In this document: positions 1 to 9,231 of the stretch, piece after piece
Numbering within the stretch: the first letter of the stretch is position 1
How the letters are laid out: each line of letters starts with the position of its first letter
Source: Patescibacteria group bacterium
GTDB lineage: Bacteria > Patescibacteriota > Minisyncoccia > Phycocordibacterales > CAIZLB01
Reading direction: 5' to 3'
DNA: 32,759 nt
NCBI GenBank assembly: GCA_030917685.1
Contig: JAUPUG010000038.1
Location: forward strand, 1 to 32,759
Notes under the pieces: model-generated
The model's input: the letters and a program-made list of their open reading frames with translations, nothing else
Database searches by the model: none
Told to the model about the DNA's origin: nothing
Program-made: the position numbers and the translations under genes

Positions 1-1023
1 ATCGCTGCAATGCCGAATGGAAAATTTATCACGCTTGGAGGATACTTGGTGTCGACTAGTTCTTCACAGATATATAGAGGAATAGTTCAGTTCAATTCAG
101 ATGGATCAATTGATGATTCGTTTGTGGCTACACCAGGATTTGTGGTCACTTCGGGTTATCCATATACCGTAACTCTTGATTCTCAAAATAATATATATGT
201 TGTTGGGTTGTTCACTTCATACAATGGTGTTTCTAGAAATAATGTAGTAAAGATTTTCGGTACAACAGAGGTTGAAGTCGTAGCCTCTGTACCTTCAGGT
301 GGTGGAGGTGGAGCATCTGGTGGTGGTTCATCAAGTGGGGGTGGTGGCGGAGGAAGTCCTTTCATTATTTTGACACCAGCTCAGACAGCAACCTCTACTA
401 CAAATATAAATGCACTGTCGAGAGCAGTTTCAAAACTCACTCCTGCACAACTCGCTACCTACGCTGGTTCTATTACGGTAAAAGAGACACAACAATTCTT
501 GAATCGAAATGGATTTAGTATTTCACAAAAAGGAGCTGGATCACTTGGGAATGAGACAAATTTCTTAGGTGGACTCACTCGAGCAGCATTAGTTAAATAT
601 CAAAAATCTCGTTCATTGCCGACTACAGGTATCCTTGATTCTGCAACACGTCTCTCTATTGCTAAAGAGAAAAATCCTGCAGTGCAAACTCCTGCTGTTC
701 AAAACCCTGTCGTCCCACAAAACAATAAACTGACCTGTACAGACCCAAAGTTCGCAGTATTTCCTAAGAATATAATCAGATATGGATATAAGAATAACGC
801 TACAGATGTTAAAGCCTTGGAAATGTTTTTGAATGCATATGAAGGCTTGTCATTGCGGGTTGATGGTATCTATTCCGCAGCAGATAGAAATGCAGTTATA
901 AAATGGCAAGAAAAAAATGCAAAGACCGTACTTACACCTGCGGGACTACGAAAGGGTACAGGTAATATCTTCGCTAATTCGCTACGAACTATGGCGGATT
1001 TGGTGGTGGCTAAGGGGTGCTAA
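1..1023 (+). CDS. Surface protein, 5'-partial: beta-propeller-like repeat, Gly/Ser linker, two peptidoglycan-binding-like domains
   Basis: The frame is open from base 1. FNSDGSIDDSF resembles a delta-60-type repeat, followed by a poly-Gly linker and PG_binding_1-like segments (GGLTRAALVKYQKSRSLPTTG; VDGIYSAADRNAVIKWQ). Confidence 0.75.
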   Translation: MAAMPNGKFITLGGYLVSTSSSQIYRGIVQFNSDGSIDDSFVATPGFVVTSGYPYTVTLDSQNNIYVVGLFTSYNGVSRNNVVKIFGTTEVEVVASVPSGGGGGASGGGSSSGGGGGGSPFIILTPAQTATSTTNINALSRAVSKLTPAQLATYAGSITVKETQQFLNRNGFSISQKGAGSLGNETNFLGGLTRAALVKYQKSRSLPTTGILDSATRLSIAKEKNPAVQTPAVQNPVVPQNNKLTCTDPKFAVFPKNIIRYGYKNNATDVKALEMFLNAYEGLSLRVDGIYSAADRNAVIKWQEKNAKTVLTPAGLRKGTGNIFANSLRTMADLVVAKGC

Positions 1024-1061
1024 ATAGTTGCGAGTTTTTCAAATATGCTACAATTTAATGT

Positions 1062-1658
1062 ATGAACATACATCCAATATTTGTACATTTTCCAATCGCA
1101 TTACTTACATTATATGCAGTGCTCGAAATAGCTATTCCTCTAAAGATTAAATTCTATAAGCTCTGTAAATGGGATAGACCTGAGTCTTCTCCTCGTCTAG
1201 CAAAACTGTATCAACTACTCATTACTCCAGTTTGGAATTATATAAAAGCATTTTTGGTAATAGTGGGTACAGTGCTCGCACTACCAACTCTACAGACAGG
1301 GGAATGGGCAGAGGAAAAGTATATGAGTTACGCATCTGACTATACAACTTTTGCACAATCAGAAGTAGGACAACTCATTGAACTCCATTCAACATTTGCA
1401 ACTACTACAGTCATCGTCTTTGCAATACTTGCTATAGCATACCTATTACGTCTTTTGCCTTCACTAATTTCATTACCACAAAGTGTGCAAGCTGTCAGTA
1501 CAAAAATACAGAGCATTGTTTTAAACGCATACATTGCTCCATTACTCGCGCTTCTTGGAATCATTGCGGTTACTATTACTGGTGCGCTCGGTGGTGCTAT
1601 AGCTCATGGTGCTGATACTGATCCAGTAGTGCAGATGATATATTCTTTGTTTTTCTAG
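1062..1658 (+). CDS. DUF2231-family membrane protein
   Basis: N-terminal HPIFVHFPIALL signature, about four TM helices, C-terminal TGALGGAIAHG. Confidence 0.8.
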   Translation: MNIHPIFVHFPIALLTLYAVLEIAIPLKIKFYKLCKWDRPESSPRLAKLYQLLITPVWNYIKAFLVIVGTVLALPTLQTGEWAEEKYMSYASDYTTFAQSEVGQLIELHSTFATTTVIVFAILAIAYLLRLLPSLISLPQSVQAVSTKIQSIVLNAYIAPLLALLGIIAVTITGALGGAIAHGADTDPVVQMIYSLFF

Positions 1659-1682
1659 TACTCCTCCCAGATAGATTCCGCC

Positions 1683-1731
1683 AATAAAAAAAACGCTACT
1701 TTAGATGCAAAAGAGTAGCGTTTTTTTTATT
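1683..1731. terminator. Bidirectional intrinsic terminator
   Basis: Perfect 18-bp inverted repeat AATAAAAAAAACGCTACT/AGTAGCGTTTTTTTTATT between convergent genes. Confidence 0.85.
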
Positions 1732-1779
1732 GTGTAAAATTTCTTAAATATACAGCGCGAGTGGGAATACTAGAGGATA

Positions 1780-2310
1780 CTACTTCGCCAACTTTCCAAT
1801 CTCATGTCCTGCAAGTTCTTGTTCAGGCTCTGGTCGGCCAGCATGTTTTTTAGTAAATGCACTTGTTCCGTCCTTTCCACAAATCTTGAGAATATTAGCG
1901 GCTCCTCCTGGGTGCTCTGTTATGAAATTTGTTAGATCATATACTGTGCCTCGAACTGCTGTATAACAACTACTTGCGTTTAGATGCTTAGCGATTTCGG
2001 CGAGGGTATATGTTTTTGCTGATGCTTGTGTGTTCGTCTGTACAGTTGGCTGTGTCACACTTTTTTCTGACTGCGCATCACTTTTTTTCTGAGCCTCATC
2101 TCTAGCTGATTGCTCCTGAAGTTTTTGAATAGTTGCAGCGTCATCCTCTTCACCATCAGCACCAAAGTCTCGAGTTTCTTCCTCGATTTCAGTTCCAGAT
2201 ACTTCAGGATTAGAAGGGGAGTATGCTTTTTGCACGCCCAACACCTCATATCCGATGTATGCACCTGCGATAGCTAGTAATACGATTAGTGAAATTAATA
2301 TGTGTTTCAT
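1780..2310 (-). CDS. Cytochrome b5-like heme/steroid-binding protein with N-terminal membrane anchor
   Basis: YTLAEIAKH...CYTAVRGTVYDLTNFITEHPGG...CGKDGTSAF..H motif; hydrophobic N-terminus. Confidence 0.9.
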   Translation of the reverse strand: MKHILISLIVLLAIAGAYIGYEVLGVQKAYSPSNPEVSGTEIEEETRDFGADGEEDDAATIQKLQEQSARDEAQKKSDAQSEKSVTQPTVQTNTQASAKTYTLAEIAKHLNASSCYTAVRGTVYDLTNFITEHPGGAANILKICGKDGTSAFTKKHAGRPEPEQELAGHEIGKLAK

Positions 2311-2330
2311 GATGTGTGTCTTATGTATGT

Positions 2331-2990
2331 TTACTGCTTATCTACTAGTATATCAATAAATTGTCGAATATCCTGCTTGTAGGTGTTGAAGAGGTAAATA
2401 AAATCATCAGTGAATGAATCTGTGTTTTTAACAATCTCTTTCTCAATTTCCTCAAATGAATATAACAACACTCCTTTAGCTTCTCGGTCTACTGGTTTGG
2501 TGGCACCTCCATATATACCAAAGAATAGATGCATCTTGTTCGCAATAGTTATTTTTTCATTTTTAATAACTTTTGGAATAGAGACGAGCTTTACGTCGTG
2601 ATATAAAATCACAGCAATAGTATCTAAATAGTTTTCGAGTAGAGTGTAGGTCTTTTTAAATTCATCTTTAGTATTTAATACAATAGATGGAGTCTGAAGT
2701 TCCTGAACACTTTCAATCATAGTTGTGTAGTATGGTTGATCACCAAACTGAATATGTCCACCAATAGTCTTATCGAGTAAATCAGGATTATGATTTTTTG
2801 TAGAAGATCTTTTTTGTACTAAAAATTCACCAGAGCGGTTAAATAGAAAAACGTCTATTACTTCAACTGCTTCAGTTGGTGCACCTGTATCTTTAAAAGC
2901 TTGTATTTGCTCAGAGTAAAATTCAGCTCTGTCTTTTGAATAAGACTTAAAAGGATTGTCGATTTTACATACAGAAACTTGTTCAGACAT
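2331..2990 (-). CDS. NUDIX-fold hydrolase (IDI-like, degenerate Nudix box)
   Basis: VFLFNRSGEFLVQKRS..K..PDLLDKTIGGHI...ESVQEL pattern. Confidence 0.75.
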   Translation of the reverse strand: MSEQVSVCKIDNPFKSYSKDRAEFYSEQIQAFKDTGAPTEAVEVIDVFLFNRSGEFLVQKRSSTKNHNPDLLDKTIGGHIQFGDQPYYTTMIESVQELQTPSIVLNTKDEFKKTYTLLENYLDTIAVILYHDVKLVSIPKVIKNEKITIANKMHLFFGIYGGATKPVDREAKGVLLYSFEEIEKEIVKNTDSFTDDFIYLFNTYKQDIRQFIDILVDKQ

Positions 2991-3112
2991 ATTGAATCAT
3001 TATGGCGTTATTTACCCGCTTTTGCAAAGGGTGGGTTGGATAGGAGTGTCACTTTGAAAGGGGATAGTTCGCTGTCCAGACTGCGGAGCCATTACCTACA
3101 AATGCTTCCAAA

Positions 3113-3141
3113 TTGATTTTCACAAGCAAAAATGGTAATCT
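3113..3141 (+). promoter_or_regulatory. Sigma70-type promoter for tRNA-Gln
   Basis: TTGATT-17 bp-TAATCT, ending 10 nt before the tRNA. Confidence 0.55.
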
Positions 3142-3151
3142 AACCGAACAT

Positions 3152-3222
3152 TGGGAGATCGTCTAATGGTAGGACGAACGGTTCTGGTCCGTTTAATCGG
3201 GGTTCGAGTCCCTGTCTCCCAG
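3152..3222 (+). tRNA. tRNA-Gln (anticodon CTG), CCA not encoded
   Basis: Acceptor stem TGGGAGA/TCTCCCA plus G discriminator, D arm GTC-TAATGGTAG-GAC, anticodon arm AACGG-TTCTGGT-CCGTT, T arm with GGTTCGAGTCC. Confidence 0.95.
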
Positions 3223-3305
3223 CAGCCATGTGAGATAGACTGAGACGCCTAAATCAGTCATATTTCTCAACACATTTTAAACACGAGTCATGGGCTCGAA
3301 CTTTT
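3201..3305 (+). repeat. att-like element, copy 1 (tRNA 3' end plus about 83 bp downstream)
   Basis: Ungapped match to 5990-6094 at offset 2789: GGTTCGA.TCCC, AGCAG.CATGTGAGA, ACGCCTAAA, AGTCATGGGCTCGAACTTTT. Confidence 0.8.
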
Positions 3306-3420
3306 GTGATTTTTACAAAATCCAGAGTAGCCTTATTTTAAGGCGTTTTGTTGGTTCGAATCCTAGAAGGTTTTTTTATTGTAATGTGTGATTAGAAGGT
3401 TAAGGTCTGCTGAAAGTAAT

Positions 3421-3461
3421 TTGACGCCGGATTCATATTTATGTAAGATACTTACATAAAT
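3421..3461 (+). promoter_or_regulatory. marR operon promoter with overlapping palindromic operator
   Basis: TTGACG(3421)-17 bp-TAAGAT(3444); perfect inverted repeat ATTTATGTAAG-ata-CTTACATAAAT at 3437-3461 covers the -10. Confidence 0.8.
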
Positions 3462-3468
3462 CATAAAT

Positions 3469-3897
3469 ATGAATCGTTCCAAAAATGTCGAAGAAATAGT
3501 TGAGGGATTTAAGTTAATGAGACAACACTTGCGTGGATCGTCTTGCTCCGTATCTGAACTACCTCTGACACACTCACAATGGCTTGCGCTCATGGTGATT
3601 GGTCGTGGCCATTTGGTGACTATAGGAGACGTAAAGAAAACACTTGGAATATCAAGCAGTGCGGCAACACAGCTAGCTAATACTCTGGAGGAGAAAGGTC
3701 ATGTCATACGCACACCACTCTCCACTGATGCCCGTGCTTCAGTACTCGTGCTTTCATCTGACTCTAAGAAGAAGTTCGAGCACATGCGAACAAAAAAACT
3801 AAAGGAGTTTACAAAGTTATTTGATGTGTTCACGGACAATGAATTTTCTACATATGTACAATTGCAAGCTAAGCTAACAAAATCTATTTCCAAATAA
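3469..3897 (+). CDS. MarR-family transcriptional regulator
   Basis: LTHSQWLAL...LGISSSAATQLANTLEEKGHVIR...DAR winged-helix pattern. Confidence 0.9.
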   Translation: MNRSKNVEEIVEGFKLMRQHLRGSSCSVSELPLTHSQWLALMVIGRGHLVTIGDVKKTLGISSSAATQLANTLEEKGHVIRTPLSTDARASVLVLSSDSKKKFEHMRTKKLKEFTKLFDVFTDNEFSTYVQLQAKLTKSISK

Positions 3898-3900
3898 CTT

Positions 3901-5322
3901 ATGAACGAACGATCTAAAAAATTTCTAGAGGGACCTATCTTGACTTCATTGCTCACACTGGCTATTCCGATAGTTCTGGCAAATATCTTGCAGAGTCTCT
4001 ATCAGCTAACTGATGCTTTCTGGGTAGGACGATTGGGCGGTTCCGCGGTTGCTGCTGTTTCGGTGAGTTTTCCTGTCATTTTCTTGATGATAGCAGTTGG
4101 CGCAGGACTTGCAGTGGCTGGCTCAACACTTATCGCACAGTATGTGGGAGCAAGGAATGAAAAGATGGTCAGTCATGTAGCTTCACAAACCCTACTTATG
4201 GTTATCATTACCTCTGTAGTATTGGGAGCTATCGGATACGTTCTTGCACCGACAATTCTCCATGCGATAGGTGTTGCGCCAGATGTATTTGATCATGCAC
4301 TAGGATATATGCGGGTGTCATTTGTTGGTTTGGTATTTATGTTCAGCTTTGTAATGTTTCAGTCGATTATGCGCGGTATTGGACAAGTGACTCTGCCGAT
4401 GTTTATTGTTCTCGGCACTGTCCTACTAAATCTGGTACTAGATCCACTTTTTATATTTGGTTGGGGACCATTTTCAGGGCATGGTGTAATGGGAGCAGCG
4501 ATGGCTACATTGGTCACACAAGGTCTTTCAGCTTTGATTGGATTCGCAGTTTTATTTAAAGGAAAGCTTGGTATTCAGATACGGCTTCCCGATTTCAAAC
4601 CAGATTTTGCATTTATCAAAAGAGCATTCTTCTTGGGATTTCCTGCATCCATTGAACAATCGGCTCGCGCTCTTGGACTGGTCGTTATGACCGCTCTGAT
4701 TACTAGTTTTGGAACTTTGGCGATTGCTTCATATGGAGTAGGATCAAATATTCTGCAATTTATTATCATTCCGGCCATGGGAGTTTCTATGGCCGTCTCA
4801 ACATTAGTCGGTCAAAACATTGGCGCAGGAAATATAGAGCGAGCTTCTAGTATTGCAAAACTAGGAGCAATTATCTCATTTGTTGGTCTGACTCTTATTG
4901 GAGTTATAACTTTTATTTTTGCACCACATCTTATTGCTTTCTTTGTGCCTGGAGATGATGCGGTAATAGCGCTTGGTACAACGTTTGTACGTACTATGTC
5001 ACTTACATTCGGTTTTATGGGAGCACAATTGGCACTTACGGGGGTATTTCGTGCCTCAGGAAATATGATTGCCACTATGGTGATTGCACTAGTGTCGCAA
5101 TGGGGGTTGCAACTACCATTGGCTTTCATCTTGTCTCGGTACACGTCACTTGGTGTGAACGGATTATGGTGGGCATTTCCAATATCGAACGTCATCATTG
5201 CTGGTATTGCAATTGCTTGGTATGCAAAGGGTGACTGGAAAAAGAAACGACTCACCGATGATGAGCAGCTTGTAGAGGCGGTAAGTGAAGAGATTCTTGT
5301 TGAGGAGGGTATTAGAAAATAG
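3901..5322 (+). CDS. MATE-family efflux transporter
   Basis: 473 aa, about 12 TM; LAIPIVLANILQSLYQLTDAFWVGRLG and VGQNIGAGN motifs. Confidence 0.93.
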   Translation: MNERSKKFLEGPILTSLLTLAIPIVLANILQSLYQLTDAFWVGRLGGSAVAAVSVSFPVIFLMIAVGAGLAVAGSTLIAQYVGARNEKMVSHVASQTLLMVIITSVVLGAIGYVLAPTILHAIGVAPDVFDHALGYMRVSFVGLVFMFSFVMFQSIMRGIGQVTLPMFIVLGTVLLNLVLDPLFIFGWGPFSGHGVMGAAMATLVTQGLSALIGFAVLFKGKLGIQIRLPDFKPDFAFIKRAFFLGFPASIEQSARALGLVVMTALITSFGTLAIASYGVGSNILQFIIIPAMGVSMAVSTLVGQNIGAGNIERASSIAKLGAIISFVGLTLIGVITFIFAPHLIAFFVPGDDAVIALGTTFVRTMSLTFGFMGAQLALTGVFRASGNMIATMVIALVSQWGLQLPLAFILSRYTSLGVNGLWWAFPISNVIIAGIAIAWYAKGDWKKKRLTDDEQLVEAVSEEILVEEGIRK

Positions 5323-5376
5323 GTTAAGAAGTAATGATCAAAAGCAATTTAAAAATTATTAAATAATAAAAATAAC

Positions 5377-5967
5377 ATGGAACAAAACAAAATAAACATT
5401 AAAGTAATTGCAGGCAGTACCCGTGAAGGACGTTTTTCAGATAAAGCAGCTATATGGATTGCAGAAGAGGTTAAAAAACAAGACGGTGTTACCGTAGAGA
5501 TACTTGACCTACGTGATTATGAGATGCCATTTTTCAATGAGGCCGTCAGTCCTTCATTCAAAAGGGAACCGTACGAGAATGAAGCTGTTGCTCGCTTTAC
5601 AAAAAAAATTGAGGAAGGAGATGCGTTCATTATGGTAACTCCAGAATACAACCACAGCACTTCCGGTGTCTTGAAAAACGCTATTGATTGGGTCAGCCCA
5701 GAATGGAATAACAAACCTATTGCATTTGTGAGTTATGGATCTGTTGGTGGAGCGCGTGCTGTAGAGCAACTTCGTCTTATTGTCGTTGAACTCCAAATGG
5801 CACCTATCCGGGAAGCAATTCACATGAATGGAGAGCAGTATTTTCCAGTTGTTATGGGTAAAAGTAGTGCAGATGATTTATTTGCCAACTATGTTGAGAA
5901 AGCAGATGCGATGATTAAGCAGTTATTGTGGTGGACAAGCACATTAAAAGATGCGCGAAGTAAGTAG
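5377..5967 (+). CDS. NAD(P)H-dependent FMN reductase
   Basis: GSTREGRFS, VTPEYNHSTSGVLKNAIDW and SYGSVGGARAVEQLR motifs. Confidence 0.93.
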   Translation: MEQNKINIKVIAGSTREGRFSDKAAIWIAEEVKKQDGVTVEILDLRDYEMPFFNEAVSPSFKREPYENEAVARFTKKIEEGDAFIMVTPEYNHSTSGVLKNAIDWVSPEWNNKPIAFVSYGSVGGARAVEQLRLIVVELQMAPIREAIHMNGEQYFPVVMGKSSADDLFANYVEKADAMIKQLLWWTSTLKDARSK

Positions 5968-5989
5968 ACCAGTCAAGGGCGACCGAGAC

Positions 5990-6094
5990 GGTTCGAATCC
6001 CGTTGCGGCAGCAGTCATGTGAGACCTACCTAAACGCCTAAAACGGCTGTTTAGGAAGAATAGTTTTGAGAGCCAGTCATGGGCTCGAACTTTT
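5990..6094 (+). repeat. att-like element, copy 2, starting with an orphan tRNA 3' fragment
   Basis: GGTTCGAATCCCGT-TGCGGCA-G (T arm plus acceptor 3' strand), then blocks shared with 3201-3305 at identical spacing. Confidence 0.8.
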
Positions 6095-6156
6095 CAAAAA
6101 GGTACATCACAAGATACTATTCCGTTAATTGCATACCTGCTGAGTGCAGTATCCAG

Positions 6157-6190
6157 AACATAAAAGCACCCGATTGGGTGCTTTTATGTT
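6157..6190. terminator. Intrinsic terminator-like hairpin
   Basis: Perfect 15-bp stem AACATAAAAGCACCC-gatt-GGGTGCTTTTATGTT. Confidence 0.75.
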
Positions 6191-6218
6191 TATGCTTCAA
6201 AAATGATAAAATTGTGCT

Positions 6219-6986
6219 ATGGAATTGTCTACACAAAATAAGATCTCCCTACTCAAGACCGCTCTTGAAAAAGTAGACGATTTTTCTACTGAGTTTGGTT
6301 CTCAAATACAGAACATCTCTAATCAACACAAGACTAGTGGTGGTCACCTTGAGTATGCGTATGTTCAGCATTTCCATAAAGAAATTATAGGTCTGTCTAA
6401 GCTGTTTCAATATCTTCTAAAAGATGATTTTAATCAGAAGTATGTTTTCTTTGCTGTAAGAGGTTCGTTTGAAGTTATTTTCTACTTAGAATATGTGTTG
6501 AGATTGGCAAAAGAGGACAGTAAAAAAGTGCTTGAGTTACTCTCTCGGGATATGGCACAAATAGGAGCTGCACTTGATGTCGCAATTCCTCCAACAGAAG
6601 AACATGATATGCATAAGACATTGAAAGCTGTTGGTGTTGTAAATAAAATTCTCAAGACGGATTTTGATCTGACTAAAATAAAATCAAACACAAGAGTGTT
6701 TCCTTCGATAAAGGATCTGTGCGATAAAAGCTCGCTCAATCTTAAAGATTTAAAAGGGTCAGCTATGTACAGCATTTATGCTCTTTATAGTGAATCAAAT
6801 CATCTTCGTTTGGGCAATCAGCATGCCATCACTGACGATGTAGATTTGTTGACCTGTTGGGCTTTGGAATATTTCTTAGAAATCTATATTAAATTTTACC
6901 AACAGCTCATAGATACAAAAATCTTTCCTGAGAAATACGCCAATGGTTTGGCATCAATCAAGCAATCAGTGGGTATGAATTGGTAG
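6219..6986 (+). CDS. Hypothetical helical protein, DUF5677-like
   Basis: 255-aa ORF with R..E (VRGSFE) and YALYSESNH patterns reminiscent of DUF5677; the family call is tentative. Confidence 0.5.
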   Translation: MELSTQNKISLLKTALEKVDDFSTEFGSQIQNISNQHKTSGGHLEYAYVQHFHKEIIGLSKLFQYLLKDDFNQKYVFFAVRGSFEVIFYLEYVLRLAKEDSKKVLELLSRDMAQIGAALDVAIPPTEEHDMHKTLKAVGVVNKILKTDFDLTKIKSNTRVFPSIKDLCDKSSLNLKDLKGSAMYSIYALYSESNHLRLGNQHAITDDVDLLTCWALEYFLEIYIKFYQQLIDTKIFPEKYANGLASIKQSVGMNW

Positions 6987-6988
6987 GA

Positions 6989-7504
6989 CTAGCTTACTAG
7001 GCTCAACTGCTTCTCTTTAAGAATCAGCTTGCTTCTTAGGTGACTCAGTAATTCGCGCTTCTCATATAATGGTCTCTTTCTTAGAATGTGCTTTGCATAG
7101 TTTCTAATGTCCACTTCCTTTATCTTCACTTTCTCTTTGACCTCTCTTCCTAGTACTGATTCTTGGAATTCATTATGTGATTCAATCTCTGTTCTAATTC
7201 TGTCTTTCATCCCGATTTCATCTAGCGAAATTGTGTCCAGAACCATCGCTAGTTGTTCAATCAGATCTTCCTCTCGTATGTATCCGCATGGACAATCTTT
7301 GTCTTTAAACTTCGTGCATCCGTAGTAGACGTAGCGATTTGTCGTTCCATCCTTAAGCTTTTTGAATTTCTCATCAGCTGTTATTCCAGATCCGCATAGT
7401 CCACAAGTGATCATCTTAGTAAAGGCGAACTCCTTATCCTGAGTCCTTGTAAGGTGATCGTTGCTTATCTTGTCTTGCACTTGGTTATATAAGTCTTTGG
7501 TGAT
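6989..7504 (-). pseudogene. Large serine recombinase C-terminal remnant (zinc beta-ribbon)
   Basis: The frame extends upstream of the called GTG as ITKDLYNQVQ (end of the recombinase domain), followed by FTKMITCGLCGS...YVYYGCT...C. The catalytic N-terminus is absent. Confidence 0.85.
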
Positions 7505-9145
7505 GGTTCGGGAAACAACGGCTATGGTCTCGGTCTTGCGAGTGATGGTGGTGTGATTGTCTCAGGATATTCACAAGGGTCACTCGATCTTGATCCAGGT
7601 GCCGGTGTCGTTATGTCTACTCATGTAAATACATATGACGTATTTACGGTAAAGCTCAATAGTGCTGGTGAATATGTTTGGGGAAATAGTATTGGCGGGC
7701 AAGGAGACGATCGTCCTATAGAGCTTGCCGTTGATGCGTCTGACAATATTTATCTCCTGGGTTATTTCAATAATACAGTTGATTTTGATGCAAGTTCAGG
7801 AACAACCACTGCTGCGTCGCAAGGAGGTTCAGATACTTTTATTTTGAAATTGCAAAGTAATGGTCAGTTTGCATGGGTAAAGACTTTTGGTGGAAATTCA
7901 TATGATGAGGGGACAGGGCTCGCTGTTGATTCTGATGGTAATGCGTATGTCGCTTTTTATACCGTATCAACAAGCATCGATTTGGATCCTGGAGTTGGCA
8001 CAGATATTTATGAGCCTATAAGTGGAAATGCTTTTTTCTCAGTAGTGAAGCTTGCCACAAACGGTGACTACATATGGGGAAAGCCTTGGCGATCATCTCT
8101 TGATGCGTTTTATATATATCAAATAGCGCTCGACGAGCAGGGGGACGTGTATCTTGCTGGATATTCAGATGTAGCATTCGATATGGATCCAGGAGCTGGT
8201 ACGACGACACTCACTCCTCAACATGCAAATGATACATTTATAATCCGAATGGATTCGACGGGGGAATATATTTGGTCTGCACAAATAGCGGGACAAGCAG
8301 ATCAGGTTCCGTATGATATATCGGTCCGAGATGCGGGTGTGTATGTTGTTGGAATAACTGCAGGTAGTACCGACTTTGATCCTACTGCCGGCAGCTATCC
8401 TGTAGTCCCTACAGGCTCTGAGCAGTTTTTACTCAGACTATCTACTGATGTGACTGCACCTACGCTCGCTGAAGTATCATCTGTATCATCTGTTGGTACA
8501 GATACAACCCCTGATTATTCATTTAGTACCAATGAAGCTGGGACAGTTGTATATAGTGTGAATTGTCCAGGCTCACTTACAAATGCTCTAGTTGGTACAA
8601 ATGCTGTAACACTGCAGGAGCTCGCTGCGGGTACATACAGCTGTACTGTTGCGGTTCGCGATTCGTCTTACAATATAACTACGCTTGCACTATCACCATT
8701 TAGAATTGATTCAATTGCTGTGCCTTCTAGTTCAGCTACTGCGGGAGGTGGAATTATCCGAGGATGTACTGATGCAAAAGCAAAGAACTTTGCTTGGTTC
8801 GTACAACATGATCCATCGCTTTGTGTATACGGCGGTATGACTTTATCTACACAGGACACGACTTCAACAACTGCACCTAGTATATCAACTACAACAGTTG
8901 GCATATTTACACGGAATCTAACCGTAGGTTCTAAAGGAGCTGATGTACAGTCCCTTCAGAAATTATTAATTAGACTCAACCTTGGTCCATCTGCAAAACG
9001 TCTCATGGAACACGGTGCTACAAATCTATACGGTCCATTAACTCGAAATGCGGTGCGTGAGTTTCAGACTGCTGAGGGTATTAAACCATCTCATGGACTC
9101 ATGGGGCCTCTTACTCGAAATGCTCTTAGTTTGAAGGGGAGGTAG
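7505..9145 (+). pseudogene. 5'-truncated surface protein: SBBP-like beta-propeller repeats, Ig-like segment, GCTD motif, peptidoglycan-binding domain
   Basis: Repeats of the form D(L/F)DPGxG..D.F..KL.S.G.Y.W. The frame reads mid-repeat back to about 7505 with no signal peptide. C-terminal RNLTVGSKGADVQSLQ...YGPLTRNAVREFQ. Confidence 0.7.
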
Positions 9146-9231
9146 TTTAAAATCACAACATTGCAACATTCAGACGGGCACGCACATTCTCATGAACATA
9201 CTCACTAGATTTGTAGTATAATTGGATCAAT

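Larger units (their letters stand above)
3223..7504. mobile_element. Decayed tRNA-Gln-anchored integrative island
   Basis: Starts at the tRNA 3' end, contains a second tRNA-3'-end-like att element, and carries a serine recombinase remnant oriented toward the tRNA. The right boundary has been lost. Confidence 0.65.

Noticed and set aside
3058-3138. Short frame KGIVRCPDCGA resembling a zinc ribbon
   Set aside because: Preceded by a stop, has no proper start, and overlaps the tRNA promoter; probably chance or an unrecognisable relic.
5960-6013. Second full tRNA gene
   Set aside because: Only the T arm and acceptor 3' strand are present; there is no D arm, anticodon arm or 5' acceptor strand.
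6079-6276. 65-aa ORF in the track
   Set aside because: It runs through the att element, a terminator and the start of the real 6219 gene.
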